From the NCBI RefSeq assembly GCF_036321535.1, contig NC_087438.1, forward strand, positions 9,860,001 through 9,924,000: a stretch of 64,000 nucleotides of DNA, read 5' to 3'. This document shows, one piece after another, positions 1-64,000 of the stretch. The first letter of the stretch is position 1, and each line of letters opens with the position of its first letter. Under the pieces are notes generated by a model. It did not search any database and was not told the origin of the DNA. It saw only the letters and a program-made list of their open reading frames with translations. The position numbers and the translations under genes are program-made. This stretch comes from Camelus dromedarius (Eukaryota).

Positions 1-868
1 GCAGTGTGCCTCACTTAAAGCTAATCATTTGGAGGATACAACACACAAAAATATTCAGATTGAGTTTCTGCCTTCCAGGAGTTTAAGTTCTAATCATGGT
101 AATAAAATAAAAATATGAGCAAAATTGCATACGAGTAACAATAACTTGAAAGGGCTGGCTGGTGGAATTAATCATGGAAAACCTATCAGAGTTAGACTCC
201 GTTAAATCTGCGGGCACAAAGTGAGATTCACAGAATGTTCCCCGAGGGATCAGCATGGGGCCAATAGTATTGTACACATGGACTCATTTCATTTGACGAT
301 GACCTTGTGAACAAGGGCAGGAGGGGCAAAGGAAGCAGAAGTGAATTAGAGAAGAGGGCAGAAGTCAGTGGTGTGGGGGATTTCTCTACATACACGAAAC
401 AGCGTAGAAAAGAGAACAATGAGTGGGTGAAGGCTGCAATGGGCAGAAGAAACCAAGGAGGTTTTGAGTGCAAATATAATTTAGTTGAACCCATGGGTAG
501 AAGCTAAAATAACCTAGATTCAAAGACGTTTGGATGGAGAGGCTCCTCAAAACCATGAAGAAACATAAAACATATCACGTTAATGTGCAGGTGGAATAAA
601 GAGCAACTATCAATATCCATAATTCTTTGACTTTTTGTTGGTTCAGATAGTATTTGCTTCATTTCTATGCCGTAAATATTAATTTCTTCAAATGTACTTA
701 ATAAAACAATGTATTAAAATTATTTGTGTAGTATTACTTTCTACTCTGTATCAAATGAAGTAAGTAGTCTGCCAATAAGCCCTGTCTGCAATTTTTTAAA
801 TGAGAAAATTCCACTGAATAGAACATTCAAACATGCCTACGCACATAGGGACCTTCAGAACATCACAC

Positions 869-62010
<61,142 letters not shown>

Positions 62011-62172
62011 CTGGAATTTCCCAAACAAACGATGTCAAGTACGTTAAGCAGCCATCGATCATAAATTGGGCTAGAGGGTCCTGACCTCTTCCACCTCTCA
62101 GAGTGAACCATCTGTGAACCTGAACTTTGGATTTACTTTTGTCCACCACATCTATAATTAAGCAGTAGCCCA

Positions 62173-62555
62173 TTTTTTCCAGCTTTATTGAAGTATAATT
62201 GACACAATGTGTGTATCTTTAAGATGTACAGCACGATGCTTGGTATACACACACGAGGTGAAATGATTAGCACAACCGAGTGCTAACGCATCCATCACCT
62301 CGCATGATTACCATTTTGTGTGAGTGTGTGGGGAAAACCTTAAGATCCGTTCTCTTATCTCTTTCAGGGATATAGTGCAGTATTAACCACAGTCACCATG
62401 CAGAAAACTAGATCCCTAGAACTTAGTCATCTTACAACTGAAAGTTTGTAGCCCTTGACAACATCTCCCCATTTCTCAACACTCCTCAGCCTCTGGTAAC
62501 CACCCTTCTACCCCCTGCCTCTATTTGTTCAATTTTTTTTTAATTCTACACGTAT
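62173..62555 (-). mobile_element. L1 3' end (L1MA-like)
   Basis: cagctttattgaagtataattgac, cacagtcaccatgc, caactgaaagtttgta, gcctctggtaaccacc. Confidence 0.88.
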
Positions 62556-64000
62556 AGCATCAAAATCATTTGTAAAATCACAGAGTTAGAAGCACTATGG
62601 AAAATCAATCATTCAGATGAATGTGTTTATGCATAATGAATGTCTTAACCAACCAAGAGAGGGGACTCCCTTCCCTACCTAAAAGCTGTTGAGAGCCTCC
62701 CCGGTCTCCTTCAGCCTGCTCTCACATCCAACTCAACAGTTTCCAAGTGCCATGAACTACCCAGATCGTTTCATGACACCGTGATCGACAGCAGAAACGT
62801 CAAAAGGAGAAGGCAATAGACAAAAGGGTGAAGATAACATATGTGACCCCTAACATTTTATTTATTCCTTCAAACTTTAAAAAAAAAATCTTCGGAATTT
62901 TTTTGGTCATTTTGTTTGTAAATTAAAAGGAAAATTAGATGCCTGTGCTGTACGTATGGAACGACACAATGTCTGGGACTTGCGGCACAAAGGTTAAGTG
63001 AAACAAGATTGGCCACGTGTTGATAGCGAATGAATCTGGGTGATGTGTACATGGGGGTTCAGTATACAGTTCTGTTTCCTTTTGTACCTGCTTCAATTTT
63101 TCCATAAAGAAAGGTTTTTGAAAATGAGATAAATAGTGGTTTCACGATTTTCTCCTAAAATAAGACTTGCCAATAACATGCGTGAAACCTGGAATAATAA
63201 CACAAATTGACTTTTGAGGCTTCTAGTCAGAGAATAGCCCTCATGACCCTAACGTAATGTTAAAGTGTGAAAAAGGTGGGAAAGGGTCCAGCGGATTGTC
63301 CTCCTTTCTACCTGAATATGAGAGCAAAAGGAAGTTTCCGTCAAGTTCTCCAAGCTAGATGTCCCTATTCCCAGGAAGAATCATGCCTCCCACTGCATCA
63401 GTGTTTACAACACAAGTCCTGAAGAGCTGAAAATGCCTCTATTTGAAGACAACACTCAAAATTTTCGCCTTGGTAATGAAAAAGCCATCTTCTTCTTAGA
63501 GACTGTTCAAAATGGGAAAGGCAACGTGCTCACCAATAAACACTTACAAGTTAGGACATGAGGTTTAAACAGCATTATGCTTTTTGGCAGAATCATTATA
63601 ATTGCTTTATGGATTACTGGAACGTTGCAAGTGGCTTTTATTACCATGATTACTGTTCTAATAACACCAAGTAAACAACTGTGGCATCAAATAAATTTGG
63701 AACTGTGGCACATAAAATATGAAACTGAAGATAGCCAGTTAAATAGCTTTTCTTAATTAAAATTTACCCAATAGGAATAAATAATGTGCTAAATAACACA
63801 GGGAAAGAAATTCCAAAAAAAAATCTTTTTTTCATTTTTATTATATAAATAATACAATATTTATTATAATAATTACTTTGGGAAATAGTGTTTGTTTCAT
63901 GATTTGCTAGAATCAGCCTCCTATATACACTTACTTCTAGCTCTTTTGAGAGATTCAGCTTTTTTAAAAATTGTGGGGTACATAGACATTGGACTGTGCC

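Overview
This is mammalian genomic DNA, entirely within one large minus-strand gene, the axonemal outer-arm dynein heavy chain DNAH5. I traced 29 consecutive coding exons from 62010 down to 869. All have GT-AG boundaries and compatible phases, and they splice into one open frame of 5247 nt (1749 codons). That frame covers most of the tail, the linker and most of AAA1 (Walker A GPAGTGKT, Walker [19 protein letters not shown] motif). Neither the start nor the stop codon is in the window. Exon numbers 10-38 follow my recollection of the human gene and should be verified. The introns hold ordinary eutherian repeats (L1, L2, MIR, MLT1/MLT2/LTR16/MER68-like LTRs, MER2/MER5-like DNA elements) plus tRNA-derived SINEs resembling camelid Vic-1, which suggests a camel, alpaca or llama genome (inference). 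Repeat family names are from memory, not a search. I found no evidence of a novel biological system. The most interesting local features are (1) a 150-bp L1 tail inserted between the polypyrimidine tract and the probable branch point of exon 28, (2) a 5'-inverted (twin-primed) L1 nested in an older, rearranged L1 in intron 21, and (3) an inverted SINE pair flanking an in-frame 831-nt block of five exons.
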